From assembly GCA_963764165.1 (NCBI GenBank), contig CAVXRD010000002.1:2240001-2304000 (forward strand): a DNA stretch of 64,000 bases. The letters are read 5' to 3'. The stretch comes from an uncultured Verrucomicrobiae bacterium. Lineage in GTDB: Bacteria > Verrucomicrobiota > Verrucomicrobiia > Limisphaerales > Palsa-1400. Shown here one piece after another: positions 32,280 through 41,750 of this stretch. Under the pieces are notes generated by a model. That model saw only the letters and a program-made list of their open reading frames with translations, ran no database searches and was not told the DNA's origin. The position numbers and the translations under genes are program-made. Within the stretch, counting starts at the first letter, position 1. Each line of letters starts with the position of its first letter.

Positions 32280-33247
32280 GCCGGGGACTGAGCTGGCTGC
32301 CGATCTTCCCGCAACAAGCGGGCCAGGCCCATGAGGGAAACAATCGCCACCGCGTAGGTTACGAAACCAAACCAATCATGCACCCATATCCCGCGCTCCT
32401 GGCCAAACACCCGGGCCACCAGAACCACCACCGAGAGCCGGAAAATGTTGCAGAAGATCACCAGCGGCACTGTGGCGGCCAGCATGACGGCTCGTTTCCA
32501 AATTCTTTTAAAACTCATCATGGCAAAAATCGTGGTGATGGCCAGGAGCGCCACAAAACTCCTGAGTCCGCTGCAGGCAGCCACGACATCATAGCGGAAT
32601 TTTCCGTCCGCGTCGCGCAGTTCGGTTCCGTGTTGAATGAGATTGATATCCAGCAAACCACGGCAAATGGCGCGCGTCATCGTGACCGACAGCATTCGCA
32701 TCTGCAGCGTCAATGAATCCGTGAGGTTTCCCAACGGCATGCAAAAGGCAAAAAGCACCATGGGAAAGGTGCTCAGCCACATCGTGCGCCAGCCCCACGT
32801 CACACCGATGAAACCGTAAATTCCCAGAACGAGCCCAATCAAAGAAACCCGCTGTTGCTGGCCGAGATAGCCAATGGCATGGACAGCCAGGGCCAGCGCG
32901 ACCACGATGAGGCCGGGCGGCCAAACGCCCGAAAGGGAAGGCATCAATTCGCGCCGTTTCGCCCAAAATATAGCGGCGACTACCCACGGGATTAATTTGC
33001 CGTGCTCGCAATCCATGGCCTCCGTGTTCCAACTATTATAGAGCCATTCGAACAGGGAGGGCCGCGTCGTTCCGAAATTGAAGGAACTGATGCCCACATA
33101 TTGAAACAAAACAACCCAGCCAGCGAGGCAAAGCAGGAAAAGCTGCTTCTCAGGAATTCTTTTCCAGTATTCCTGGAACTCCTCCCAAAAGGACGGCTGG
33201 GGTGCGGTCGGGGGCGAAACAGGCACCGATTGATCAACTGCATCCAT
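32276..33247 (-). CDS. Exosortase (EpsH family)
   Basis: Polytopic; putative catalytic Cys (VVAACSGLRS), Arg (CNIFRL) and His (WVHD); start taken at ATG 33247. Confidence 0.88.
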   Translation of the reverse strand: MDAVDQSVPVSPPTAPQPSFWEEFQEYWKRIPEKQLFLLCLAGWVVLFQYVGISSFNFGTTRPSLFEWLYNSWNTEAMDCEHGKLIPWVVAAIFWAKRRELMPSLSGVWPPGLIVVALALAVHAIGYLGQQQRVSLIGLVLGIYGFIGVTWGWRTMWLSTFPMVLFAFCMPLGNLTDSLTLQMRMLSVTMTRAICRGLLDINLIQHGTELRDADGKFRYDVVAACSGLRSFVALLAITTIFAMMSFKRIWKRAVMLAATVPLVIFCNIFRLSVVVLVARVFGQERGIWVHDWFGFVTYAVAIVSLMGLARLLREDRQPAQSPA

Positions 33248-33346
33248 GAAAAGCCAGCATATACAAACCCCGCTTTCCGCGCAAACCAAACTTAGGCCAA
33301 AGAATCACATCGGGGCAGATCAATAGCCATTTCCTGTATTTTGTTT

Positions 33347-33378
33347 ATCTGGGTTCATCTGTGTCCGTCTGCGGCTTC
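33347..33378. repeat. Solitary degenerate arm of the ATCTGTG(TT/TC) 10-bp tandem element
   Basis: ATCTGGGTTC ATCTGTGTCC GTCTGCGGCTTC resembles the right arm at 34126-34159. Confidence 0.7.
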
Positions 33379-33426
33379 GCTGGCCCGCGCGATTGACTTT
33401 ACGGCGGCGGCAGCCAAATTCTCCTC

Positions 33427-34002
33427 ATGCTGAAACGAGTGGCAGGGACTGTGGCGATCTTGATCGTGATTTTCGCGCTTGGGCTGATTTTTGGCATGGT
33501 GGGCTATCGTTTCTTCGGGCCGCCCGGCCCTGGCTACAGCGGGCCCGCCTTGCTGTCCAAGGTGGAGACGCTGTCGCAATTCGTGACCGTTAAGTATTCA
33601 TTGGAAAAAGTGGTGGAATTCGATGACGCGAAATGGTACGGCGACAGCCGGGTCCTTCTGGTCGCCCACGGCGTGGTGAAAGCCGGCATTGATTTCAGCC
33701 AGATGGCTCCCGGCGACATTCAGATTTCCGGCCGGAAAATCACGATGGCGCTTCCCCGCTCCCGCATCACCGACACATACCTCGACGACCACAAAACGCA
33801 GATCATCGACCATTCGACAGGGGCCTTTCGGCTGTTTGACAAGGATTTGGAGCAGTCCGCCCGGCAGCGCGCGGTGGATGAGCTGCGCCTGGCCGCCTCG
33901 CAAAACGGCATTCTGAACGATGCCTCAGAAAAAGGCCGCACCCAGTTGACGGTTCTGCTGTATCAACTTGGCTTTACGGACATCCATTTGAAATCGAAGT
34001 AA
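33427..34002 (+). CDS. DUF4230 domain protein
   Basis: N-terminal TM; LLVAHGVVKAGIDFSQM, ITMALPRSRI, GILNDA..., LYQLGFTDI. Confidence 0.8.
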   Translation: MLKRVAGTVAILIVIFALGLIFGMVGYRFFGPPGPGYSGPALLSKVETLSQFVTVKYSLEKVVEFDDAKWYGDSRVLLVAHGVVKAGIDFSQMAPGDIQISGRKITMALPRSRITDTYLDDHKTQIIDHSTGAFRLFDKDLEQSARQRAVDELRLAASQNGILNDASEKGRTQLTVLLYQLGFTDIHLKSK

Positions 34003-34007
34003 GGCCG

Positions 34008-34159
34008 GGGAAGCCACAGATTAACACAGATCAACACAGATAATTTCCCTTGGCGCAAGCCAGGGCGCTGGTCGCACCATGATTTATTCGGATCGGTGGC
34101 CGTCAACCGAACTGTTCCTCAGAAAATCTGTGTTGATCTGTGTCCATCTGTGGCTTCCC
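34008..34159. repeat. Miniature inverted-repeat element with arms of three ACAGAT-core units at 10-bp spacing
   Basis: Left arm GGGAAGCCACAGATTAACACAGATCAACACAGAT (34008-34041) and right arm ATCTGTGTTGATCTGTGTCCATCTGTGGCTTCCC (34126-34159) match 32/34 as reverse complements around an 84-bp non-coding core. Confidence 0.9.
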
Positions 34160-34224
34160 TGCTTTTTTAACTTTACAGAAATCCTTGGCAGTGCTGGCGG
34201 GTTTTGGTTAGCTGGGCGCTCTTG

Positions 34225-36540
34225 ATGAGACGCCTTTGGCTCCTGATATTGATCCCGCTCTGGCTGGCAGGCGTATTTGCCTGTCAAGCGCAACAGGCAG
34301 CCCAGAGCAACCAATGGTACATCAACGGCTCAAGCCAGCGAAGCTGGACCCAATTCGGCAACGGCACCAATTATTCATACAACGGCGGCACTGCCAGCAA
34401 CGCGAACGCGATGGTCATCTTCGATCAGGCCACCCAGACAGAATCGGACGGCGTGGTCGACTTTGAGGGCGATGTCACGATTCTTGATCACGGCCATATC
34501 TGGCGCGGCACAAATTTTATTTACAACGGCAAGACCGGCGAAGTCCGCGCCGGGCGGTTCAAGACCTTTCAGGCGCCCTTTGCGGTCAACGGGCAAAAAA
34601 TGGGCGGCCTCAGCAACAAGCTGGAAATCATCACCAACGCAGCCATTTCCACCGACGATTACCTAAAGCCGCTCTATACCATTCGCGCTGCCACGGTGAC
34701 AATTGCGCCGGGCGATTACATCGAGGCCCATCACGCGACGCTCTACCTCGGCAAGCATGCGATTTTTTATTGGCCGTATTATCATCGGAGCTTGAAGGAC
34801 CACCCGAATAATTTTGAATTTACGCCCGGTGAGCGCGGGCAGTTCGGGCCGTTTCTGTTGAGCGCTTACAATTGGTATGGCACCAATGGGCTCGGCCTGG
34901 GATTTGTGGATGGCACTCTTCATCTCGACGAGCGCGAGCGGCGCGGCCTGGCTGGCGGCCCGGACTTGGCCATCCACCTGGGCGACTGGGGTAACGTCGC
35001 GTTTCGCTATTACTACGCGCACGATATCGACCCGGAGGCAAGCGGCTATCAGGCGCCGCACCTGGGCGAAAACCGGCAGCGCGGGCAGCTTTTCTATGAT
35101 TACTACAACCGCTCCAACTCGGATGCGGTGGCCAATGTCAAGGTTGTGGGCAATTACCAAAGCGACCCCCTCGTCATCCAGGACTTTTTCGTTAATGAGT
35201 ACTCAAAAAACGTCGAGCCGGCCTCGTTCGTAGAGGGCACTGAGCTTTACCACAACTGGGTGCTCGATGCCGTCGGCCAGCCGCGGGTGGTGAATTTCTT
35301 TGAAACCGTCGAGCGCCTGCCGGATGTGAAACTGACTGGCCTGCGGCAGGAACTTGGCAGCACCCCGGTTTATTACGACAGCGAGACTTCAGCGGGTTAT
35401 TTCCAGCGCGCCTTTTCGGAAACCAACGTGCCAGCCTATTTCACCAACTACTCCCCGCTGCCTTACGGAGGCTATGACGCCACAGCTTATCGCACGGGGG
35501 GCTATCCCAATTACTCCGCCGGCCGCGCCGACACATTTCAGCAGCTCACACTGCCGGAAAACTTTTTCGGCTGGCTCAACGTCGCGCCGCGAGTCGGCGG
35601 GCGGGCGACCTATTACAGCGACGTCTCCGGCCCCGAAACCCGCACCAACCAGCAAGGCCGCGGCATTTTCAACACCGGCATGGATGTATCCTTTAAAGCC
35701 TCGCGCGTTTTTCCCGGCGCCGAGAGCGACCTGCTCGACGTCCATGGCTTGCGCCACATTATCGAGCCGGATTTCAATTACGCCTACATCCCGACGGCGT
35801 CCCAGCACGTTCCGTTGTTCGATTATGAATCGCCATCGCTGCGCCTGCAGCCCCTTGATTTTCCCGACTACAATTCCATTGACTCGATCCAGGCGGAAAA
35901 CGTGGTGCGCCTCATGTTGCGCAACAAATGGCAAACCAAGCGGCGCGGGCAGATTCAGGATGTCCTCAATGTGGCGCTGTATACTGATTTGAATCTCCTG
36001 CGCGGCACCAACAGCCAGTTTTCCGACGTGTACACCGACGTTGATTTTCGACCGCGCTCATGGATCACATTCAATTCCTCCACGCGCTATGATCTGGCCG
36101 ACGGGCGGTGGCGCCAGGCCATCGAGCGCATGTTCATCCAGCCCACGACCCACGCCAGCGTTTCCCTGGGCTACTACTATCTGATGAATAACGATCCGGA
36201 ATTCCTAACCTATCCGGGACAAACTCTGGCTGGCAGCAGCCTGATCGATTTTAGCCTTTACTACCGGCTCGACGAGAATTGGGGCGTCCACTTTGCGGAG
36301 CGATTCGACGCGGATGCCAAAACCCTCCAGGAACAAGTTTACTCGCTCTACCGCGATTTGCGAAGCTGGACCGCGGCCTTCACCGTTCGCGTTGACCGGA
36401 GCGTGGGGCAGCCGGCCGACGTGACCATCGGTGTGACGTTCTCGCTCAAAGCCTTCCCGCGCTTCAAGCTGAATTCGGATAACGACCGGCCCGGTGGGGA
36501 CCTCGGCAGCATTTCTTCTCCAAGTTTGCTGGACAATTGA
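34225..36540 (+). CDS. lptD: LPS-assembly protein LptD-like outer-membrane beta-barrel
   Basis: Signal peptide; OstA-like N-terminal region; TVERLPDVKL, LRHIIEP, IDSIQAENVVRLMLRNKWQTKR, YSLYRDLRSW, FSLKAFP C-terminal strands. Confidence 0.75.
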   Translation: MRRLWLLILIPLWLAGVFACQAQQAAQSNQWYINGSSQRSWTQFGNGTNYSYNGGTASNANAMVIFDQATQTESDGVVDFEGDVTILDHGHIWRGTNFIYNGKTGEVRAGRFKTFQAPFAVNGQKMGGLSNKLEIITNAAISTDDYLKPLYTIRAATVTIAPGDYIEAHHATLYLGKHAIFYWPYYHRSLKDHPNNFEFTPGERGQFGPFLLSAYNWYGTNGLGLGFVDGTLHLDERERRGLAGGPDLAIHLGDWGNVAFRYYYAHDIDPEASGYQAPHLGENRQRGQLFYDYYNRSNSDAVANVKVVGNYQSDPLVIQDFFVNEYSKNVEPASFVEGTELYHNWVLDAVGQPRVVNFFETVERLPDVKLTGLRQELGSTPVYYDSETSAGYFQRAFSETNVPAYFTNYSPLPYGGYDATAYRTGGYPNYSAGRADTFQQLTLPENFFGWLNVAPRVGGRATYYSDVSGPETRTNQQGRGIFNTGMDVSFKASRVFPGAESDLLDVHGLRHIIEPDFNYAYIPTASQHVPLFDYESPSLRLQPLDFPDYNSIDSIQAENVVRLMLRNKWQTKRRGQIQDVLNVALYTDLNLLRGTNSQFSDVYTDVDFRPRSWITFNSSTRYDLADGRWRQAIERMFIQPTTHASVSLGYYYLMNNDPEFLTYPGQTLAGSSLIDFSLYYRLDENWGVHFAERFDADAKTLQEQVYSLYRDLRSWTAAFTVRVDRSVGQPADVTIGVTFSLKAFPRFKLNSDNDRPGGDLGSISSPSLLDN

Positions 36541-36544
36541 AGTG

Positions 36545-38695
36545 TCACGGCTTGGAATCCTGCGCCGCTTCCGCGAGGCGCTTTTGCAATTCCCGGTGGT
36601 CGGTCTTGCCGGTGCCTAATTTCGGGATGTCACGCATATATTTGACTTCGCGCGGGACAGAGAGATTGCTCAAGCCTTTGGCCTTCACGGCGGCCCGAAC
36701 CTCCTCGGGCGTCAGCTTCTGCTCGTTCGAGACGACGATGAGCGCCTCGCCGCGATCCGCATCCGGCCTCGTGACGACGGCGGCCTGGAAGCGAATGCCG
36801 TATTGCGGAAACGCGTTGGCCATCGCTTCCTCCACCGCCGTCAAGCTCACCATTTCCCCGCTGATTTTCGCGAAGCGTTTCAATCGTCCGAGAATAAAGA
36901 GAAAACCATCTTCATCCACTTTCGCGATGTCCCCGGTGTCATACCAGCCGCCCTGCGCCTGGAATTTCGCGTTGGGTTCGGCGTTTAAGTAACCGCGCAT
37001 GATGTTCGGGCCGCGCACCCAAAGGCGCCCGCCCTCCGGCACGCCTTCGACGGGTTCGAATTTGTATTCGATGCGCGGCATGAATTTGCCGACGGAACCG
37101 AAACGGGGCTCGCGCCAGGTGTTGAGCGTGATCACCGGGCTGCATTCCGTCGCGCCATAACCTTCAAACACACGGGAGCCAAACCGCCGCGCCCACGCGT
37201 TGGCCGTGTTTTCCTGCAATTTCTCCGCGCCTGACACCAGCACGCGCAGGCTGCGAAAATCATACGGATCCGCCTTGCGCGCGTAGCCGTTGAGAAACGT
37301 GTTGGTGCCAAAGAATACGGTGCAATCCAAGTCGTAAAGCACGGAGGGGATGACGCGGTAATGCAGCGGCGAGGGGTAAAGGAAAACATACATGCCGCGC
37401 ACCAGCGGCACGAGGAGGCCCATCAGCCCGAAACTGTGGAACAACGGAAGCGCATTGAAGACGCGGTCCGTGTCCATGAAATCGTGGGTGGCCAGCATTT
37501 GCTGAACGTTCGCCAGGATATTTCCGTGGCTCAGCTCGACTCCCTTGGGCGGGCCTTCCGATCCACTGGTGAAAAGTATGACAGCCGGGTCCTGGCGGCG
37601 CTGTGGCCCGGCGATTGACTCGGGATCGAACGCCGCGCGGGCCAGCGCCCCCATCTGAATCTCCTTCGGAATTCCGCAGCGGACATCCTCGAGAAAAATG
37701 AATTGAAGGCCCGCATCCATCATGGGCTGCACGTTCAGCCTGGCCCGCTCGAGGAAAAGGCGCGAGGTGATAATTTGTTTGACTCCAGCAAGCTGCGCGC
37801 AGGCCAGCATGGTGGGAATGCCGGTGGAGAAGTTGAAGATGGCCGGCACCGCGCCCGCCTTCCACAAACTCAAGACCGTGACCGGCACCGCGTTGGCATT
37901 AGGAAGCAAAACGCCCACGCGCTGGCCCACCCCTTCTGTCAATAATGTTTCCCATCTTGAAGCCAGCGCCAGCGTTCCCGCCAGCAGGCGGCGATACGTC
38001 AATTTCGTCCGCGAAACATCCTGAAGGGCGCCGAAGGATGGCTTTCTCCGCGCGGTGGCGGCGATGGCCTCGGAAACATTTTGCGGCGCGAAAGCCATCT
38101 CAACGTCGAAATGCTGCCGCACCATCGCATCGGACAGCCAGCGGGTGATCCGCTGCCGCGAGCGCACCATGCTTAGCCCTTCAAATCTCGGCGGCGTCAT
38201 CACCTCGCTAAAATGCGCGGTGACGCTCGGAAAAAGCTGGCGTTGATTTGGATTGGGTGAAAATGGAATTTTTTCGATGCCGCGCAAATAGCAGGTAATC
38301 AATTTCGCGTTCGACTTCAACAACAGGAATCCCGTGCCGTCGAAAAGTTTCATCAGCGATCCGGTGCGCGACAGCCGGCCTTCTGGAAACAGCACTAATT
38401 TCCCGCCCCCTTGCAAATACTCCGCGATGCGTTTGAGGGCGTAAGGCGAGTCCGTCTCCACAGGATAGGTGTAGCGGTTTACCATGATGAACCGGTGAAT
38501 AGGGCTGACCCGCGCGCCTTCCTTCGAAGTGACAAAGCGCCAGCTCGAATCAAGGCACACCAGCACAAACAGCCAATCGATCCACGACGCATGATTCGGC
38601 AGCAGCATGACCGGCCCGGGGGCCTTCAAGACTTCCACATTCTCCGCGCGAAATCGAAAGAGCACACGGAGCAGATATCGAAAAAAAATTTTCAT
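36545..38695 (-). CDS. aas: Bifunctional 2-acyl-GPE acyltransferase / acyl-ACP synthetase
   Basis: PlsC domain (PNHASWID, LFPEGRLSRTGSLMK) plus AMP-binding domain (ILFTSGSEGPPKGVELSH, EGYGATECSP, WYDTGD, GRLKRFAKISGEMVSL); ATG 38695 overlaps the upstream stop. Confidence 0.92.
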   Translation of the reverse strand: MKIFFRYLLRVLFRFRAENVEVLKAPGPVMLLPNHASWIDWLFVLVCLDSSWRFVTSKEGARVSPIHRFIMVNRYTYPVETDSPYALKRIAEYLQGGGKLVLFPEGRLSRTGSLMKLFDGTGFLLLKSNAKLITCYLRGIEKIPFSPNPNQRQLFPSVTAHFSEVMTPPRFEGLSMVRSRQRITRWLSDAMVRQHFDVEMAFAPQNVSEAIAATARRKPSFGALQDVSRTKLTYRRLLAGTLALASRWETLLTEGVGQRVGVLLPNANAVPVTVLSLWKAGAVPAIFNFSTGIPTMLACAQLAGVKQIITSRLFLERARLNVQPMMDAGLQFIFLEDVRCGIPKEIQMGALARAAFDPESIAGPQRRQDPAVILFTSGSEGPPKGVELSHGNILANVQQMLATHDFMDTDRVFNALPLFHSFGLMGLLVPLVRGMYVFLYPSPLHYRVIPSVLYDLDCTVFFGTNTFLNGYARKADPYDFRSLRVLVSGAEKLQENTANAWARRFGSRVFEGYGATECSPVITLNTWREPRFGSVGKFMPRIEYKFEPVEGVPEGGRLWVRGPNIMRGYLNAEPNAKFQAQGGWYDTGDIAKVDEDGFLFILGRLKRFAKISGEMVSLTAVEEAMANAFPQYGIRFQAAVVTRPDADRGEALIVVSNEQKLTPEEVRAAVKAKGLSNLSVPREVKYMRDIPKLGTGKTDHRELQKRLAEAAQDSKP

Positions 38696-40095
38696 CGACG
38701 CTTTTGCAATCCAATGATGGGTTCCAAAATCAAAAAGAGCAGCAATGCCCCCGCTATCGCCACCGCCATTTGCGCAAGGGGCCGATCCACTGGCATCCGC
38801 CCGCCGCCGGCCAGTTTCATTTGCGCGGCGAGCATTTTTCCCTGGCCGCCGAACGGCGCGCTGGCGAGGACGCGGCCATCGCGACCGATAAATTGCGAGA
38901 TGCCTGAGCTGCACAGGCGAAAGAACGGCAGGCCGTATTCCGCCGCCCTCATTGGCGCGATGCGCGCGTGCAATTTGTGCTGTGCTTCGCCCCATTCGGT
39001 CACGTCCATCGTCGGAAATATAAGCGCCTGCGCGCCGAGGCGCTCCAATTCATCCGTCACGCGCGTGTAGCTGGCGTCGTAACAAATTCCAAAACCCAAT
39101 TTGCCCCACGGCGAATTCCAGACGCGCTGCTCGCTGGCCGGCTGGCCGTCGTTTAGAAATTGCACCGGGACGCATTTGCCCTGCTGAAAGACGACGCTGC
39201 CATCGGGGCCAATGACAAAAACGGTGTTGTAAAACGCTTTCTCGCCTTTGATGGGATCCTCCCCGCCAACGGCCAGGTATTTTTTATGCTGTTGACACCA
39301 TTGGTTGATTTCTTTTGGAACTGGGCCTTCAAAAGTGAGCTCGCTCAGGACGAATAAATCGGTGTCGGGGTGATTTTTCAGCAGTGAATCAAGGCCGCGC
39401 AAAACTTGCGGAGCGGACGATCCTTCCAGTTGCATGCCCGCGAGATTGACATGCCCCTGGTCGGCGGATACGAAAGGCGCGAGGCAAAATGGGAGAGCCG
39501 AGAGCAGGCCAAGCAGCACGCCAAAAGTGATTCCAGCCGCTCGTGACAGCAATCTCGCCGTCGAGAAATACGCCACCCAGCCCATCAGAAGAAAACCGAT
39601 TCCATAAGTCCCGAAGCCAGCGGCATATGGCAAAAAGGGAGATTCGGAAAAAGCGTACCCCGGGCTCAGCCATGAAAAACGCAAATAGTAAAGTTCGCTG
39701 CGGAAATATTCCAATCCCGTCCAGGTGAACGGCGCGAGCAGAGCCCAGATTTTCGGCCCCAGCCGGACTTGGCAGGCGCGCCCAAGAAAAATGAAAAGCG
39801 CCAGCCAGAACGAAAGCACACACCAAAGCGCGACCGCCGCCGCCCCAAAAAGAGTCCAAAAGAAAGCCAGCCTTGGCGCATAGCAAGCGAGGCCCACGAG
39901 CATGCCAATCCAGATCGCCCTCCGAGCGCTGCGGAGTTTGCAAAGTTGGAAAACGCAACAGAGAAACACCACCATCAACCACGACAGCACCGGAAACTGA
40001 TAGGCGAGATGAAATGACGCCACGCCGGCCAGCGCAAGCGTCAACGCGCGCGGGCGGGTCAGTGCTTCAATGGGTCGTGGTTGATTTGTATTCAA
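38692..40095 (-). CDS. lnt: Apolipoprotein N-acyltransferase-like (membrane domain plus nitrilase-fold domain)
   Basis: N-terminal TMs with WTGLEYFRS...FSWLSPGY; putative E-K-C triad (LSELT, GKCVPV, GICYD); QHKLHARIAPMRAAEYG, SSGISQFI. Confidence 0.75.
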   Translation of the reverse strand: MNTNQPRPIEALTRPRALTLALAGVASFHLAYQFPVLSWLMVVFLCCVFQLCKLRSARRAIWIGMLVGLACYAPRLAFFWTLFGAAAVALWCVLSFWLALFIFLGRACQVRLGPKIWALLAPFTWTGLEYFRSELYYLRFSWLSPGYAFSESPFLPYAAGFGTYGIGFLLMGWVAYFSTARLLSRAAGITFGVLLGLLSALPFCLAPFVSADQGHVNLAGMQLEGSSAPQVLRGLDSLLKNHPDTDLFVLSELTFEGPVPKEINQWCQQHKKYLAVGGEDPIKGEKAFYNTVFVIGPDGSVVFQQGKCVPVQFLNDGQPASEQRVWNSPWGKLGFGICYDASYTRVTDELERLGAQALIFPTMDVTEWGEAQHKLHARIAPMRAAEYGLPFFRLCSSGISQFIGRDGRVLASAPFGGQGKMLAAQMKLAGGGRMPVDRPLAQMAVAIAGALLLFLILEPIIGLQKRR

Positions 40096-41344
40096 CGAGT
40101 TTTTTTCCCGGAATTTTCAAAAAGAATGTCACTACGGCAACGAATGCCGCCAGCACCAGCAGAAGTTCAGAAGGATTGAAACCTTTCTTGACGTTCAAGT
40201 ATGCGATGACACTGCCGCCGAGCATGGCGAGATTTTCAAATCCGTTCTGCGTGGCAATGGTTTTGCCGAGCTTGTCCTTGTGCGATTCCGCCTGAAGTGC
40301 GGCATTGAGCGGGATTAGAAACAACCCTGCCATCAATCCTGTCAATAAAAGCATAGAGATGGCGATGGTTTTCGGATAGTCGAGGACATGGGTGGAAACC
40401 CAGCCGACGCAGCTCAGGCAGGCGACCCCACCGCTCAACAGCCAGCCGTAGCGGCGCGTGGCGCGGATGTCTCCGACGCGATAAAGCTGGCCTGCCAGCA
40501 CGCTGCCCGTCATCACGCCAAGGGCCAGCCACAAGCCGAGCAGGCTGATTTGTGTCATCGTTGTCAGGTGCAAAACCTGCTGGCCCCACGGCTCGAAATT
40601 CATTTTCAGCACCGCGCCGCACAGCCAGAAGAGCGACGTTCCCAGCAGCACCAGCGCCAGCCTCCGCTCCCCGACAAGCGCGCGCACATTGTGGAAAAAG
40701 GAGCTGGCGGTATCCGCAAATTTCACCTCGGGGTACGAGGGCGTGCGCGACATGAGTCCGTTCATTTCCAGCGAGAGCACGTAAACGCCAATCAGAATCA
40801 AGTAGCACACCGTCAGATTAAGGCGATCAAACGCGATCGCTCCCGCGATGTTCCCCGTGAGAATGGCCACGAGTGTCAATAATTCCACCATGCCGTTGGC
40901 TTTCACCAATTGTTCGAGCGGCATGATTTCCGGCAAAATTCCATACTTCGCGGGCGAATAAACGGCGGCGCCAATGCCGACGATAAAGTATCCAATGGCC
41001 AGCCAGTGAGAGCTTCCGCGCAGGCTGCCCATGGCCACGATTGTTCCGAGCACCTTTAATAAATTCCCACCCATCAGCCAGCGATTTTTGGAAAAGCGGT
41101 CGTTGAGGTAGCCGGTGAGCGGGGCGAGCAGGGGAAACGGAACCATCAAAAGGCTCGTATAAAATATATTGGCGACGCTTTGCTCCATCGCCGTAATTTT
41201 TCCGGCCGCGAACGCGACCAGCAGCGGGCCAAGAATCAGCATCAAGATGAAATTATCGCCGAAGGCGCTGAGAAACTGGCTGGCCAGCAGCAACGGATAA
41301 TTGCGGCGATTGGAAACAATGGCTCCCGTCCCGTTCACGCGCAT
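40067..41344 (-). CDS. lplT: Lysophospholipid transporter LplT-like MFS protein
   Basis: SQFLSAFGDN, GAAVYSPAKYGILPEI, LVKANGMVE, LIPLNAALQ, GKTIATQNGFENLAML. Confidence 0.88.
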   Translation of the reverse strand: MRVNGTGAIVSNRRNYPLLLASQFLSAFGDNFILMLILGPLLVAFAAGKITAMEQSVANIFYTSLLMVPFPLLAPLTGYLNDRFSKNRWLMGGNLLKVLGTIVAMGSLRGSSHWLAIGYFIVGIGAAVYSPAKYGILPEIMPLEQLVKANGMVELLTLVAILTGNIAGAIAFDRLNLTVCYLILIGVYVLSLEMNGLMSRTPSYPEVKFADTASSFFHNVRALVGERRLALVLLGTSLFWLCGAVLKMNFEPWGQQVLHLTTMTQISLLGLWLALGVMTGSVLAGQLYRVGDIRATRRYGWLLSGGVACLSCVGWVSTHVLDYPKTIAISMLLLTGLMAGLFLIPLNAALQAESHKDKLGKTIATQNGFENLAMLGGSVIAYLNVKKGFNPSELLLVLAAFVAVVTFFLKIPGKKLVEYKSTTTH

Positions 41345-41394
41345 TGGTTACCGTGACTGAGGCCGCGTTGCGATAAAAAAATCGGGAGAGTTTT

Positions 41395-41468
41395 AACACA
41401 AGGACACAAAGTCCACGAAGGTGAAACCCTTTGGCTTTCTTTGCGTCCTTCGTGGCCTTCTGTTGGTT
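41395..41468. repeat. Degenerate inverted element built from ~9-bp CAC(A/G)AAG tandem units
   Basis: AACACAAGGACACAAAGTCCACGAAG (41395-41420) faces CTTTGCGTCCTTCGTGGCCTTCTGTTGGTT (41439-41468). Confidence 0.6.
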
Positions 41469-41750
41469 CTCGTTTCATTGGCATCACTCCACGATAAAAA
41501 AGCGCATCGGAAATAAGGTGGATGAATGCCGCCGGGTGGACCGCGAAGTCGCGCCCGGTGAAAGGAAAGTCGCGCTAATTGCTTCCGGCGTGACGGATAA
41601 ATCGCGCCTCGCCCGTGTTCATCGTCTCAAGCTGCAATTCGTGTTCCCGCTTCTACATGGCTGTTAGATGAGACGAACTCATCGGTAGCAGCTCACGAAT
41701 AAATCGACTTAAAGATGGGGCGGGGAAAACCCGATTTCTGCGCCTCGCCG

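Noticed and set aside
38696..38995. Long N-terminal extensions given by the ORF track for aas (also epsI, dnaK, groES, ABC ATPase, REase)
   Set aside because: Extensions overlap upstream genes or promoters and lack family similarity; downstream ATGs fit better.
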